A stretch of 64,000 nucleotides of DNA, taken from positions 7,936,001 through 8,000,000 of the forward strand of contig OZ024759.1 of assembly GCA_964016885.1 (NCBI GenBank). The letters run 5' to 3'. The notes beneath the pieces were generated by a model that made no database searches, was not told where the DNA came from, and saw only the letters and a list, made by a program, of their open reading frames with translations. The stretch is from Eledone cirrhosa (Eukaryota). Of this stretch, positions 12,291 through 26,490 are shown piece after piece (positions within the stretch are counted from its first letter, which is position 1; every line of letters starts with the position of its first letter). The translations under genes and the position numbers were made by a program.

Positions 12291-12770
12291 TAAACATCCA
12301 GGGTCAGTCTATTTAAAGGTTTTTGTCCCCTTCCTTTCAACTTTGTGGGAAAGGACAATATAGACATTCACGTAGAGTTAATTTCTGCTTTCTTGTCTTT
12401 CTTTTCACCATATTTAAAACAAAGCACATGAGAGTATTATTCAGTTTGAAAAAGTCAAAATCGATAAAAAGTACTTCACCCGTTGCATCAGCGAAATGAA
12501 ATAAGTACCATGTACTTAGAAATAGAACTTAACGGACATTTATAAAACTAGTGACGATATAATAGCGTGTAGCTCAAGCATAAACACATACATACACATA
12601 CACACATACAGATACACACACATACGCATGCCTACACCTATACATACAGCTGTGTGTCAATGGCTATGACACACTAACCCATTTCTGGATGAAGTCTAAC
12701 AAAAGATATATTGTAGAGTCTCCACGCACCTGTATGTATAAAACATAAACTGTCTTGGAAAAGTGTATGA

Positions 12771-13050
12771 TAATAATAATAATAATGAAATTATTGTGTA
12801 CAGTGCTCAGGTGCACTACAACTCATCAAAGGTGTATGTATAGTACATAGAATAATATACAAATGTCAGGGAAGTGAATAGTGTCATGGTATACATGTGT
12901 GTATGTGTATGGAGGGGGAACATTAGCTGTAGTGTTGGCGGATCTCGGGAAGCATGGAGGCCTTAAAGGATGCAGTGTCTCGACAGCTAACAACTGATGC
13001 AGGTAGTTTGTTCCATGCTTCAGCAACTCTGAGCGTGAAAAAATGTTTCC
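12771..13050 (-). mobile_element. CR1-like LINE 3' end
   Basis: Minus strand RKHFFTLRVAEAWNKLPASVV..F motif and (ATT)n tail. Confidence 0.7.
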
Positions 13051-13589
13051 GATATATGCATGTGTGTGAATGTAAGTGTGCTTAGTGGGATGTTTGTATG
13101 TGTGCGCATGAATGTAAGTTTATGTAGTGAAAGGTGTGTGCGAATATACATATTTGTTATCTTAGCAATTTTAATTTTCTTTCTAGTGCATTGTATGGTT
13201 TTCATAATTATTTAAATTTCTGTTTCTTATTCAACAATGCTTCAATCAAGCTACAGCACTCTTATATATATATATATATAAATTGAAACAAAATGAAAAC
13301 GAAATTTCATTTCTCACTCTTAGTATGGCACTTACTTAAATGTAAGTATGCATGTATACGTACATACATATATGTATACAGACGTACAGTAGCATGCACA
13401 TATATATATATATATATACATATATACATATATATGCATACAGGTACACATACATATATGCACGTATCAGTTTAGCGGCGCTTATTATAACGTCGCTTTG
13501 TTCGTTTGTAAACAAACTGAAAGCCTGAATTTATGCCATACGGTGTTAAGGCAACCACGTCACCTTTTTGTTCAACACTGACACAGGAA

Positions 13590-14170
<581 letters not shown>

Positions 14171-14352
14171 TATGATGGACTCTCCCGTCAATACCTGAGG
14201 TATGAGTGTCCAACAAAAGTTCAGCTCTCTCGATGGGGGTGTCTCATGTGACATTCCAATCCCCGTCACCTACAGACTCTGACTGCGAAAGACTGGTGGA
14301 AATGTGAGAAAGTGAACTGATGTTGAACTATCTACACAAAGTTTTGTTTTAA

Positions 14353-17024
14353 CCCTTTAGCATTCACATTACTCTATATCTATCTATCTAAGGCGGGTAA
14401 AATTCCCGAGATCCATGGACGAGTTCTCTCCAGCGGTCTCTGTCCCTCATTATAGCTGCCATGTCCTGCATCTCCAACAGACCAGTGTCTGTCCTTAGGG
14501 CATCAACATACGTTAACCTTGGTCTTCCTCTTCCAGTGTGTCCATGTAGGGGCTCCCACAGGAGCACTGAGTGCAATGTCAACTCTGGATGTCGGTGAGC
14601 ATGTCCAGCTAACCTCAGTCTCCTCTGTGTCACTTTTGAGCTGACTTTTGGGATGCTCCTATACAGCTCTGAGTTTTTCATCCTCAGTGTATACTGATTA
14701 ATGTTCAGAGCCATCCTTAGCATTCTCGTGTAGCACCCATCCACCATCTGAGTGAGTTTCTTGGTCAGTGTCCAAGTCTCAGACCCATACAGCAGCACAG
14801 ACTCCACTACAGCAATGAAGAGGCGGATTTTCAGGTCTCTACGAAGGTCCGACTTCCACACCGATCTCAAGCTGTGGCATGCCACCCACGCCTTGCTCTT
14901 CCTCTCAACCACATCATCTTCTGTATTCCCAATCTTTGCTCCCAAATACAGGAAGTCCTCAACCAATTCCAGCGGCTTGCCGCCTACATTAGTGATCCCC
15001 TCTGGCTTCTCAACATTCTCTACCAGATATTTTGTTTTAGTCTCATTCATTCTCAGCCCCACACTCATCGACACAGTCTCAACCTCCCGCATCAAATCCT
15101 CTGCCTCCTTCACTGTATTTGTCACCAAAACTATGTCGTCGGCAAATTCAGCATCCGATAACTTTTTCGCCCTAACTCTCCTGCTCTGAGCCGGTGCTAC
15201 AGTAAAGCCAGAGTCCTGGTGTTTCTCCAGTGCAAGGCGCATACAATAGTCCACTACGATGATAAAAAGGTAGGGAGCCAATGTATCTCCCTGGAGCACT
15301 TCAGCCAGTATCTCAAAGAACTCTGTCATCCCATCAGGTGTAATGACTTGGGCGTTGGTGTTGGTGTAGAGCAGTGATATCAGGTCCACTATCTTCTTGG
15401 GGATTCCATAAGCCTGTAAGATCTTCAGCAGGCAGTAGCAGTAATGGTCCACAGAATCAAAGGCCTTCCTAAAGTCAATGAAAACCATGACCGCAGGAAG
15501 GCACTTTGCTCTAGCTCCCCCTAATATCCTTCTCAGCATCAGGATGTGACTGGTGGTTGATCTTCCCTCTCTGAAGCCGTTCTGGTTGTCCCTGAGCTTC
15601 TTCTCCATCTCAGACTGGATCCTGTTAAGAATCATCCTGTTGAGGGTCTTTGCCACAAGTGACGTCAGTGAGATCCCCTGTAGTTGTTGGTGTTAGAGAG
15701 ATCTCCCTTCTTTGGCACTGGGACAATGTTACTGATCCTCCACTGATTCGGGGCAACTCCTTTCTCCAGTGCCCCGTTACAGACCCCAGGATGATATCAT
15801 CAAAATCACACCTCTTCATCACCTCTGATGCTACTCCATCTTCTCCATGAGCCTTGCCCTCCTTGATCCTCTTCTTGGCTCTCTGAAGCTCCTCTCTGGT
15901 GAAGGGCTCTGTCTCAACATCCAGTTCCTCAAACAGCCGCCTGATATCCCCAGTGCTCTGGGCTGTGGAGGGTGGCTCTCCTAGTAGGGTCCTAAAATGG
16001 TCTAGCCATTTCCTCTTCCTATCCTCGGGCCCCGTTCCCTGGATCTGACTCGAACACCTTCTCTTCCTCCCTGTGATCTCGTTGATGATCATCCAGCTCT
16101 CCTTACATCCAGATTTGTGCCACCGCTCTCTCCATACCTCTGATCTTCTCTATCAGTGCCTCCTCTCTGACCTCAGTGTAAGCGGTACAGAGCTCTTCCC
16201 TCATCACCTCCACAGTCTCCATCCTCTCCTCCATAGGATCAGCATAGTATTGGTCCCTGGCAGCTTTCAGGTGTTCTCTGGCTGCACACACTTTTGGGTT
16301 TGCAGAGCTGACGTGCTTCCCTTTGTTCTTTTTCCTCGGCACCAGCGTTTCACTTGCTTCCGCCACTGCATTGGTGAAGTGCCCGTACCTCCTCGTCACA
16401 CTCTCCTCAGTCCATCCAATCTCTCTCTCCTCTGACTCTCCACACAGAGCACTAAACCTGTTTCTCACTTCCACTGTGAACCTCTCCTGTAGCTTATCAT
16501 CTTCCTTGAAAGCTCCCCAGTCATAGATTGTACTCTATATATACTATTGTATTTTCATGGTAAAGGCTTTACCTCACATAATTATCTCACATAACATTTA
16601 CATTACTCTATATATACTATTGTATTTTCATGGTAAAGGCTTTACCTCACATAATATCTCACATAACATTTACATTACTCTATATATACTATTGTATTTT
16701 CATGGTAAAGGCTTTACCTCACATAATTATCTCACATAACATTTACATTACTCTATATATACTATTGTATTTTCATGGTAAAGGCTTTACCTCACATAAT
16801 TATCTCACATAACATTTACATTATTCTATATATACTATTGTATTTTCATGGTAAAGGCTTTACCTCACATAATTACCTCACATAATATCGAATCTATGAG
16901 ATTTTGAAAGTATTTATTTAGAGAACAATACCTTAACATCAGTTTGAGTGACCAGTTACAGCCGGTTTCAACAGAAAGAGGTAGAGAATTCTGGCCGGTT
17001 TTGGCTGGTTTGAACACTAAAGGG
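14353..17024. mobile_element. piggyBac-type MITE (TTAA|CCCTTTAGCATT...CTAAAGGG) split by a LINE insertion
   Basis: Left end 14349-14379; right part 16531-17024 with ~73-bp internal repeats; matches the intact copy 57212-58859. Confidence 0.78.
14380..16530 (-). mobile_element. RTE-clade LINE family D, 5'-truncated, 10-bp TSD TACTCTATAT
   Basis: ORF 14388..15656 RT (DFRKAFDSV, QGDTLAP, EFADD, LYGSETW); short (GATA)n tail; TSD at 14370-14379 and 16531-16540. Confidence 0.9.
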
Positions 17025-17342
17025 TTACGTGGTGAAGACTTGTTTAGGATCCACCACACTTTTTGGAACTGGCGACACATATCCTCGATGCAAATGTTTG
17101 CCATGGAAAATACAACGACAGCCCTCAGTTTTTTATGCCTCAGAGTTTAACCTCTCCGTATAAAAAAACTATTTAGATGTCCGTTGACTCTGCTGAGTCT
17201 TTTCCTCCTGCCAGGTCTTGTATTACGTCCTTGCATTACGGCTGACGACCCGACCATGAGACAGGTTGTACTGGGTTACATGTTACCAGTAGCACTTAAG
17301 AGCGACCTGACAATAACACACATATATATATATATAAACATT

Positions 17343-18200
17343 CCTGGGCATTGTGTGCAGAGGATATACGCAGACTAGAGAGAAACGAAGCTTGCATGCT
17401 CCGCTGGATGTGTAATAGTAATATACGTGAACGGCAAAGCATAAACGAACTAAGGAAAAAATTAGAAATAAGAGGGATCAGATGTTGTTTACTCGAGAGA
17501 AGGCTACGTTGGTATGGTCACGTGATGCGCATGAAAGACGACAGCTGTATAAAAAAGTGCAGGGCAATAAAGATAGACGGTAGCCACGGAGTAGGCAGAC
17601 CCAGAAAAACCTGGGACGAGCTGATAAATTCCGACCTCACACACTTACACCTCTCCAAGACAATGTCACTGGACCGAGACCTTTGGCGGTACTCAGTAAT
17701 AGAGAAGACCCGCCTTACCTACATACAAAGTAAAACCTACTACAGTCAGTAGGCATCTCTAACAAAATACACCCCCGTCCACACCACCCCTTTCAATGTA
17801 AAGTTATGTTGGTGCCACAACATCCAGGCCGAAACAAATGAGATCGTGTAGGTGTCACGTAAAAAAATACACAGTCCACGCTGTAATGTGGCCGTGTAGG
17901 TAACACGGTAAAAACCTCCCAGTCCCACACTGTAAATGTGGTTGGTGTTAGGAAGGGCATCCAGCTGTAGAAAACCCGCCAGACAGTCCACGCTGTAATG
18001 TGGCCGTGTAGGTAACACGGTAAAAACCTCCCAGCCCCACACTGTAAATGTGGTTGGTATTAGGAAGGGCATCCAGCTGTAGAAAACCCGCCGTGAGTCC
18101 TATGCGAGCAAGATAATCATACTTGCCTCAAGTGGGAAACCCCCGTCCAAACCCATGCAAGCGTGGAACACGGACGTTAAACGTTGATGATGATGATGAT
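17343..18200 (+). mobile_element. RTE family B, 5'-truncated
   Basis: ORF 17351..17752, 3'UTR and (GAT)n tail. Confidence 0.88.
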
Positions 18201-18348
18201 ACATACACATACATATAGACAGTCAGATACATAACATACACACACACACGTGATGGGGTCTCAGCATGGCCTCAGCCAGATGACTGGAAAAGGTAAAAGA
18301 GTATATACACACAAACACATGCACACACATAAATGTGTATATATAAAC

Positions 18349-18404
<56 letters not shown>

Positions 18405-18410
18405 ATATAT

Positions 18411-18980
18411 ATCATCATCATCATCATCATTGATTAACGTCTATCTTCCAGGCTTGCATGGGTTAGACGGGTCCCATTTAGAGTCAAGTTGGGTCGGGTG
18501 ATCGTGTCTCACTTTTATAGGGGTGTTTTGGGCTGGTTTCCCTTCATAACGCCAACGACATTTACAGTGTGGGCTGGGTGCTTTTTGCAGTGCCTTTTAC
18601 ATGTCCACATTACAGTGTGAGCGATGGCTTCATACTGTACACATGCTTCAGCTTGTGCTCGTGAGAAGTCGGGTCTTCTGTATTACTGCATATCGCCAGA
18701 GATCCCGGTCATGTGTCATCACCTTTCAGAGGTGCAATTAGGCAAGGTTAGCTTCTATCACCTCATCCAAGGCTTCCAACGACTTTGAGCACTCTGCACT
18801 TTTTTATGCAGCTGTCACCCTTCATACGCATCACATGTCCATACCAATGCAACCTCCTCTCCTGCACACAGCATTTGATTCCTCTTATGCCTACTTTCTC
18901 TCTCAGTTCATTTATGCTTCATTCTGAGGGAAAAGCCTTTTGTAGCCAGCAGTGGCAGTAGTTGCCTGAACTTCTTCCAC
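18411..18980 (-). mobile_element. Older RTE (B/C-related) 3' fragment
   Basis: (CAT)n tail; reverse complement resembles the RRLxWYGHVMRM region. Confidence 0.7.
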
Positions 18981-20331
18981 AAATGTGTGTATATGCACCT
19001 ACAAATGTACATATGTGTGTATGTACAAATGCATGTGTATAGTGAAAAAATGTGTGCGTAAGTACATACATGAGGGCAAGCATATCAGTGTATGTGTGAC
19101 CACAAATACGTATATAATATATGTTGAAAAAAGAAATTGTAAGATAATAGAGTTAACGTACATACAGACTAAGGATTGAAATATATACACATACAAGTAT
19201 GAAAGCACACGTATAAACCACACACACACACACGCAACCACATACATGCATGTGATATATACAGGGAAGGGAGTGTATCAGTCAAAGCAGTGTCAGGCTG
19301 AAGGTCGATACAGATATAAAAATATAAAATATGAAAATGAAAAAATGAAAAAATATATGAGAATAAAAAAATTAAATCAAAGAGAAAGTAAGAGGGAGGG
19401 GTTATCAATTATAAAGTAACACTAGAAAAAATAGAAAACAGGTTCGCACATACACATATATATATATAAATATGTACAGACAAAAGCACATACATGCGTA
19501 CATACATACAAAAACGCGCATACATACACACGAAGCACATATATATATATATACATGTACATCTAATCACACGCACGCACGCGACCATATATATATATAT
19601 ACATATATATATACACACATATATATATACATATACACACATATATATAAGTATGTAAAAAACAGATATAAAAACACACATACACACTCACATATACACA
19701 TACACGCGCACATACGAATGCATTTGTATACATATACAAACACGTATACACACATATACACACTTACACGCATACATACAATATAAAAACCAGCCGTATG
19801 AATAAATGAGTACAAATTATACGCAAGTAAACATACATAAAAGCGGCTGAGGGACAACAGAATATATCTGGATTTGAAAACGCAAGTGACAAGTGATATT
19901 AGGTAGTGAAAGAAAAGGGGGAAGTAAAATATGTAAAATTGTGAAGATTTAAAGTAAGTGAATCAAAAAGCAGTTGCGGGGGGGGGGGGGGTCACTGGTG
20001 GATGTGAAGTAAAAATAAAGTTAAAAATAAAAGTAAATCAGAAAGAGAAGTCTGTAAAGAAGATAAGTCACACATACACTGATATGCTTGCCCTCATATA
20101 TGTACTTACGCACACATTTTTTCACTATACACATGCATTTGTACATACACACATATGTACATTTGTAGGTGCATATATTAATTGCCACATTTCTACACAT
20201 ACCCTAACTATATTTCCTTATTTTATTTTTATATATCTCTTGCATTACTTTTATTTATATTTTTTTTTTGCCCGTTAAACTTTTGCCTTTCTTGAAGAGA
20301 TTTTTCAAATATTTCACTATGTTTTAAATTG

Positions 20332-20399
20332 CCTTGTCTGACGAACGAATGAGGACGTTTCTTGTATTCGTCTTATTCGGGAAACCTCTGGTAATGAGG
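20332..20399 (+). ncRNA. Type I hammerhead ribozyme
   Basis: CCTTGT-CTGACGA-ACGAATGAGGACG/CGTCTTATTCGG-GAAA-CCTCTGG-TA^ATGAGG; first helix II pair is mismatched. Confidence 0.7.
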
Positions 20400-20503
20400 T
20401 AATTATATTGTATTGTTTATTATACATTAAATTTAGCTCTGTAACTTACATAGAGCACTCTTCACTCCTATGACTTTTTCAATTTTCAACGGAAACTTCA
20501 ATA

Positions 20504-20539
<36 letters not shown>

Positions 20540-20544
20540 TAATC

Positions 20545-22780
20545 AGAAGAAAACTGCATGGAAGAGCCATTATGAAAGATTACTAAATGAGGAGAATGCA
20601 TGGGAGAAAGAGACCCTACCCCAAGTGGTTCAGCAATACAAGTCAGCAGCAGCATAGAAAGTAAGGCAATTAAAGATATGAAGATGGGGAAGGAAACCGG
20701 TCCATCAGGTATAGCTGTCGAGATGCTGAAGGTATCTGGGTCGGCACGTCACACTATAACCACACGTATTGTTAACCAGGTAATACTAGGTGTCATGCCA
20801 AAAGATTGGTGCAGTAGCATCATTGTCAACTGCTACAAAGGTAAAGGTGTGGCACTAGATAGAGGAAACTATAGAGGTATGAAGCTGATGGACCAGGTCA
20901 TGAAAGTAACAGAAAGAGTTATAGCACAGTTGATTAGGGACCGGGTAAAACTAGATGAGATGCAATTTGGGTTTGTGCCAGGAAAAGGCACCACTGATGC
21001 CATCTTCCTTGTGAGGCAGTTACAGGAAAAGTACCTAGCTAAAAGTAAGCTGCTCTACCTTGCATTTGTCGATCTGGAAAAAGCCTTCGACAGTGTCCCC
21101 CGCGCTATCTGGTGGGCCCTTAGAAAACTAAGAGAGATGAATGACTTGTGAAGGCTGTACAAGCCATGTATAGGGGAGCAGTCAGCAAAGTTAGGGTTAA
21201 CAATGACTATAGTGAGGAATTTAGCATACAGGTCGGTGTCCACCAGGGCTCTGTTCTTAGCCCTCTCCTGTTTATTATCATATTGCAGGCTATAACAGAG
21301 GAGTTTATGGCTGGCTGCCCATGGGAACTCCTGTATGTGGATGATCTTACACTCATAGCTGAATCCATGGTGGAACTAAAAAAGACATTCCAAACATGGA
21401 AGCGGGGACTAGAAAGAAAGGGTCTCAAAGTCAACCTGACAAAGACTAAGGTCCTCATAAGTAGATAAGAAAACAGAACCCAGATCCCCCAGAGAAATGG
21501 CCTTGCTCGGTACGTAGGAAAGGTGTAGGTAGGAATTCCATCCTCTGCCCCAAATGCAAACAATGAGACACAAGAGATGTAGTGGGATCTCAGGAAGTCT
21601 AGTCAAGAATGTAGGCTTTACATGTAGTAGCTGCATGTAAAGCCTACATTCTTGTAGCTACATGTAAAGCCTACATTCTTGACTAGACTTCCTGAGATCC
21701 CGCTACATCTCTTGTGTCTCATTGTTTGCATTTGGGGCAGAGGATGGAATTCCTACCTACACCTTTCCTACATACCGAGCAAGGCCATTTCCCTGGGGGA
21801 TCTGGGTTCTGTTTTCTTATCTACTTATGAGGACCTTAGTCTTTGTCAGGTTGACTTTGAGACCCTTTCTTTCTAGTACAGCAAGCAGCAAACAGCCACA
21901 GGAAACAAGTACCACCAAACTGTGGGAGGGCTCTGTAGAAACAGTAGACAGCTTCTGCTACCTAGGTGACCAAATTAGCAGCGGAGATGGGTGTTCGGAA
22001 AGTACAGTAACCAGGGTAATAACGGGATGGAAGAAGTTCAGGGAGCTACTACCACTGCTAGCTGCGAAAGGCTTTTCCCTCAAAATGAAAGGCAGACTGT
22101 ATGATGTGTGCATATGAACAGCAATGTTACATGGTAGTGAGACCTGGGTGTTGTGTGTAGAAGACTTGCGCAGATTCGAAAGAAACGAAGCCTGTATGCT
22201 CTGATGGATGTGTAATAGTAATATACGCGAATGGCAAAGCATAGAATTGAGAGAGAGAGACTGAGCATAAGAGGAATCAAATGCTGTGTTCAGGAGAGGA
22301 GGTTGCGTTGGTATGGACATGTGATGCATATGAAGGATGACAGCTGCATAAAAAGGTGCAGAGCACTAAAAGTCAATGAAAAACTTGGAGTGGGAAGACC
22401 CAAGAAGACCTGGGATGAGGTGATAAAGGCTCATCTTCCCCAATTGCACCTCTCAAGGGCGATGATACACCTCTGGCATCACGCAGTAATACAGAAGACC
22501 CGACTTCCCACGGGTACAAACCAAAGCTGAAGCATATAGACAATATGCCCCCACACCCTCCCACTGCAAAAAGGTCGTGGAGGTGCCACAGCAAAAAAAG
22601 CACCCAGCACTCACTGTAAATGAGGTTGGTGTTAGGAAGGGCATCCAGCTGTAGAAATCAAGCCAGAATCAGTTCCCGTATGAGCAAGACATGGTCAGCC
22701 GACCGGACACTGCCCACGGCAGGACAATCCGTCTAACCCATGCTATCGTGGAAGAACGGACATAAAACGGTGATGATGAT
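20545..22780 (+). mobile_element. RTE family C, degenerate, with internal inverted duplication
   Basis: RT motifs DLEKAFD, QGSVLSP, LLYVDD; distinct 3'UTR; GTGATGATGAT tail. Confidence 0.88.
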
Positions 22781-22850
22781 ATATATGTGTGTGTATGTGT
22801 GTGTGTAAGAGTACAACCGTCCCTAATCTATATAATTATTGTTTATTTAG

Positions 22851-22945
22851 AAAGAGCCAGGATCAGAGGTGTTCGATATTGAGGATACCATTGAAGATGT
22901 TACTATGGGGCAGAAGAATCTAGAACGAAAATATGATAAAATGAG
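22851..22945 (+). CDS. GLT1: Glutamate synthase exon D: KEPGSEVFDIEDTIEDVTMGQKNLERKYDKMR
   Basis: TTTAG acceptor, GTGAGT donor; DIED and DKxRGF linker motifs; phases fit neighbouring exons. Confidence 0.9.
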
Positions 22946-23025
22946 GTGAGTACACATCAGGGTTTCTTCTTCTTCTTGTCTGTTTCTTTATTGTTGTTGT
23001 TTGGTTTTAAAATAAAAACAAACAT

Positions 23026-23069
<44 letters not shown>

Positions 23070-23074
<5 letters not shown>

Positions 23075-24035
23075 ATACTTGGGGAGGGTCATATTTGTGT
23101 AATATTGCCAGAATTAATAACAGAACACACTCACTGTTTGGTTGGTTTTCGCTTCTGTGTCTTTTATATCGGTAATCTAACTTACTCAGTCCTCAATGTT
23201 GCCATTGACTGACCGACGGTCAAAAATAATACAGATACAATATAGACACAAACATATATATATAGTTTATCATAAATCTTTCGTTGCACATCTGCAACAT
23301 CGTCAGTGGTGCTATTGTTTCCCCCCGTTGCATTGTATGTCTACGCCATTTTTATTTAGTCTGTCTATATATTTATTTATTTATTTGCTTATTTGTTTAT
23401 TTTATTTTGTCTTCTTTGCGCATGCGTTTGCGTGTGTGTATAGTGTTTTGTTTGGTTTGATGTGTGATGTGTGTTCGTGATTGGGTGACTAGTGTGTGTT
23501 TATGTGTTTGTTGTTATTGCGCTTGTGTATGTATTTATTTATTTATTTATCTATTTATTTATTTATTTTATCTATTTATTTATTTATTTATTTATTTATA
23601 CTGTACTTGTGTATATATTTATTTATTTACTTATTTATACTTCTCTTAGGTCAGTGTTGTTTGTTTGGGTGTTGTTATTCCATTCATTCTTTCTGTTTAG
23701 ATATTATTCTAATTTCTATGTTGTCTATGTTACCGTCATGTTGTTGTCTGGCATGTTCGTATAGTACTGACCCGTTTTTTCGTCCTTTTAGTTCCCCCCA
23801 GTGTTGTTCTATCCTTTCACCTATGCTACGAGCTGTCTCACCTATGTATGTTGTTGTCATGTTTCTGCAAGTACCCTCTGTACATCTTATGCTATAGACT
23901 ACGTTTCTAGTTTTACAGTTTATCCGGGGGTTTACCTTACATATGATACATTTCCTATTGGTACAGTGGGTTTTCTTAAAAGGGTAGGTTTTGCTGATCA
24001 GGGATTTTATGGTGGTTCCTGGCTTTTCTGCTGAG
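23070..24035 (-). mobile_element. Penelope-like element 3' fragment (GIY-YIG plus 3' region with ribozyme)
   Basis: ORF 23684..24094 NVVYSIRC...YIGETARSIGERI..H. Confidence 0.85.
23269..23310 (-). ncRNA. Hammerhead ribozyme in Penelope-like 3' region (group 2)
   Basis: Minus strand ACCA-CTGACGA-T-GTTGCA gatg TGCAAC-GAAA-GATT-TA^TGAT, downstream of a GIY-YIG ORF on the same strand. Confidence 0.65.
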
Positions 24036-24913
24036 GAGGTCCTCTGTACTGTAACACGTAGAACTTTATTATATAAAATTGTAACCGATATCATCTACCT
24101 AAAGTATACTGTACCATTAATACCTAATATATATCTATATATACCTCCCTATATATTACTATATATAATTTTTAGTTAACTTCTAAATTTTTAGTTAACT
24201 TCTAAATTTTTCGATTACGTTTACTCTGAACTAAGAATAATTAATGCATTTACACCCTGTTATATATAGGTGTATATTTAACCTTAACATGCATCAATCT
24301 ATTATTTTCTTATCATGTACCTAAAATATACTGGCTCATTAATATATATATATATATACATAATCGTTATTTAAATATTTCAAACAATAAGTACTTCACA
24401 AGCTTCACATACCTAATACGCTCAGTATCTCCATTAAAGATTACATTTAGGAAAATAATCAACAGTATAAACTTTCACTCCTGTTGGCCAAATAATTCCT
24501 ATAAATTTTACCCACATGAAATTCAGAAGCTTTGAAATATTAACAAACTTATAGAATTTATAAAACTAATATATAAATAACCAGCAATTTAAAAAAAAAA
24601 AAATCTCGAACCTTCACCCTATAATACCATAAATTAAATATTTTCAAAATTAACCGTTTAACTTTCGGCAAAAATAAATCTCCTTCAGCTTATTACCCCC
24701 CTTTATTCAAAAATTATAGTATCATACATCTTAATATCTATATAACTGTTACATTAAGCAACGTTTTTCTTACTCGCACTTTCTCTGTTGAATTTATTAT
24801 GTTTTCGCATTTTCTCATTATTAGGGTATAAATGTTAAATTTTTCTTGGGTTAATCACTACCTTGATTAAATCTTAACCATTTAACATCTCAGGGTATGT
24901 CATGTATCATTAT

Positions 24914-24966
24914 ATTTTGTCTGATGAGGACGTACTGTTGTACATCCGAAATATGTATAATAAAAT
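24914..24966 (+). ncRNA. Type I hammerhead ribozyme (group 1)
   Basis: ATTTTGT-CTGATGA-GGACGTAC tgtt GTACATCC-GAAA-TATGTA-TA^ATAAAAT. Confidence 0.85.
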
Positions 24967-25213
24967 GTAATTGATCAAAAGAACATCTATTTTATTAATA
25001 TTTGTATTTTAATATTAATATATATATATATATATATATATTTGAAAAAAAGGAAAAGAATGACTTCACTTGTAGTTCTAAACAATTTGATTTAATGTTA
25101 TAATATTATGAGTTGGTAGATGTAGTAAGTTCTTTGTTAACTTCAGTGGGAAGAATTTTAAAGATTCCTGGAGAACTTTCTCGCATTTGTCTGTCTGTGG
25201 TGATTGTCAAACT

Positions 25214-25908
25214 GAGATCAGGTTGTGTTGTGATGTATGACTCTCTATATAAGAGAGATCAGGTTGTGTTGTGATGTGTGACTCTATATATAAGAGAGAT
25301 CAGGTTGTGTTGTGATGTGTGACTCTATATATAAGAGAGATCAGGTTGTGTTGTGATGTGTGACTCTATATATAAGAGAGATCAGGTTGTGTTGTGATGT
25401 GTGACTCTATATATAAGAGAGATCAGGTTGTGTTGTGATGTGACTCTATATATAAAAGAGATGAGGTTGTGTTGTGATGTGTGACTCTTTATATGAGAGA
25501 TCAGGTTGTGTTGTGATGTGTGACTCTATATATAAGAGAGATGAGGTTGTGTTGTGATGTGTGACTCTATATATAAGAGAGATCAGGTTGTGTTGTGATG
25601 TGTGACTCTATATATAAGAGAGATCAGGTTGTGTTGTGATGTGTGACTCTATATATAAGAGAGATCAGGTTGTGTTGTGATGTGTGACTCTATATATAAG
25701 AGAGATGAGGTTGTGTTGTGATGTGTGACTCTATATATAAGAGAGATCAGGTTGTGTTGTGATGTGTGACTATATATAAGAGAGATCAGGTTGTGTTGTG
25801 ATGTGTGACTCTATATATAAGAGAGATCAGGTTGTGTTGTGATGTGTGACTCAATATATAAGAGAGATCAGGTTGTGTTGTGATGTGTGACTCTATATAT
25901 AAGAGAGA
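25214..25908. repeat. 41-bp minisatellite, ~17 copies
   Basis: Unit GAGATCAGGTTGTGTTGTGATGTGTGACTCTATATATAAGA. Confidence 0.95.
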
Positions 25909-26202
25909 TTTAGATGTATCTGGTGGATGGGGTGTGGTGTTAATGAGTGTGGGAGTGAAGGAGTGTTGATGAAGATTTAAAGGAATTAAAGCATACACAT
26001 ACACACATACATATATATATATATGTAGGAGGTGAGTTTTATTGTAGTACAATAAAGCAATGCAGATATCGGATAAGAAGCACTCTACAGTTTGTGGGAC
26101 TGGAGTATACATAATATATAAGAACAAAAGATGGTTAAAGGATATGTTGATTTAAAACTGAACTATCCACAAGTGTTTTTTAGCCTTCATATCATGTCCT
26201 CC

Positions 26203-26273
26203 TGTTTTATCTGATGAAAACACAAATATTATTGCATGATGATATTTGTTTTTGAAATGCGCATAATAAGATA
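26203..26273 (+). ncRNA. Type I hammerhead ribozyme (group 1)
   Basis: TGTTTTAT-CTGATGA-16 bp helix II-GAAA-TGCGCA(palindrome)-TA^ATAAGATA. Confidence 0.82.
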
Positions 26274-26303
26274 CATGGAACTCCTTTAACCATCTTTTGT
26301 TCT

Positions 26304-26345
<42 letters not shown>

Positions 26346-26443
26346 GGTAATGTTAAATATTATCCAATTCCAAGTATGAGAATAGCTCAATAGAGCCGAA
26401 ATACTTTATAAATAACAATCAAAAAGTGTTTAGAACATTTAAT

Positions 26444-26490
26444 CACTTACAATCGTTTCATCCTAGCACAAGGCTGAGATCATCAGAGTA
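26444..26490 (-). ncRNA. Hammerhead-like ribozyme (helix II register imperfect)
   Basis: Minus strand TACT-CTGATGA-TCTCAGC cttgt GCTAGGAT-GAAA-CGATTG-TA^AGTG. Confidence 0.55.

Noticed and set aside
25214-25908. CRISPR-like appearance of the tandem arrays
   Set aside because: Units are contiguous with no unique spacers, there are no cas genes, and the context is a eukaryotic intron.
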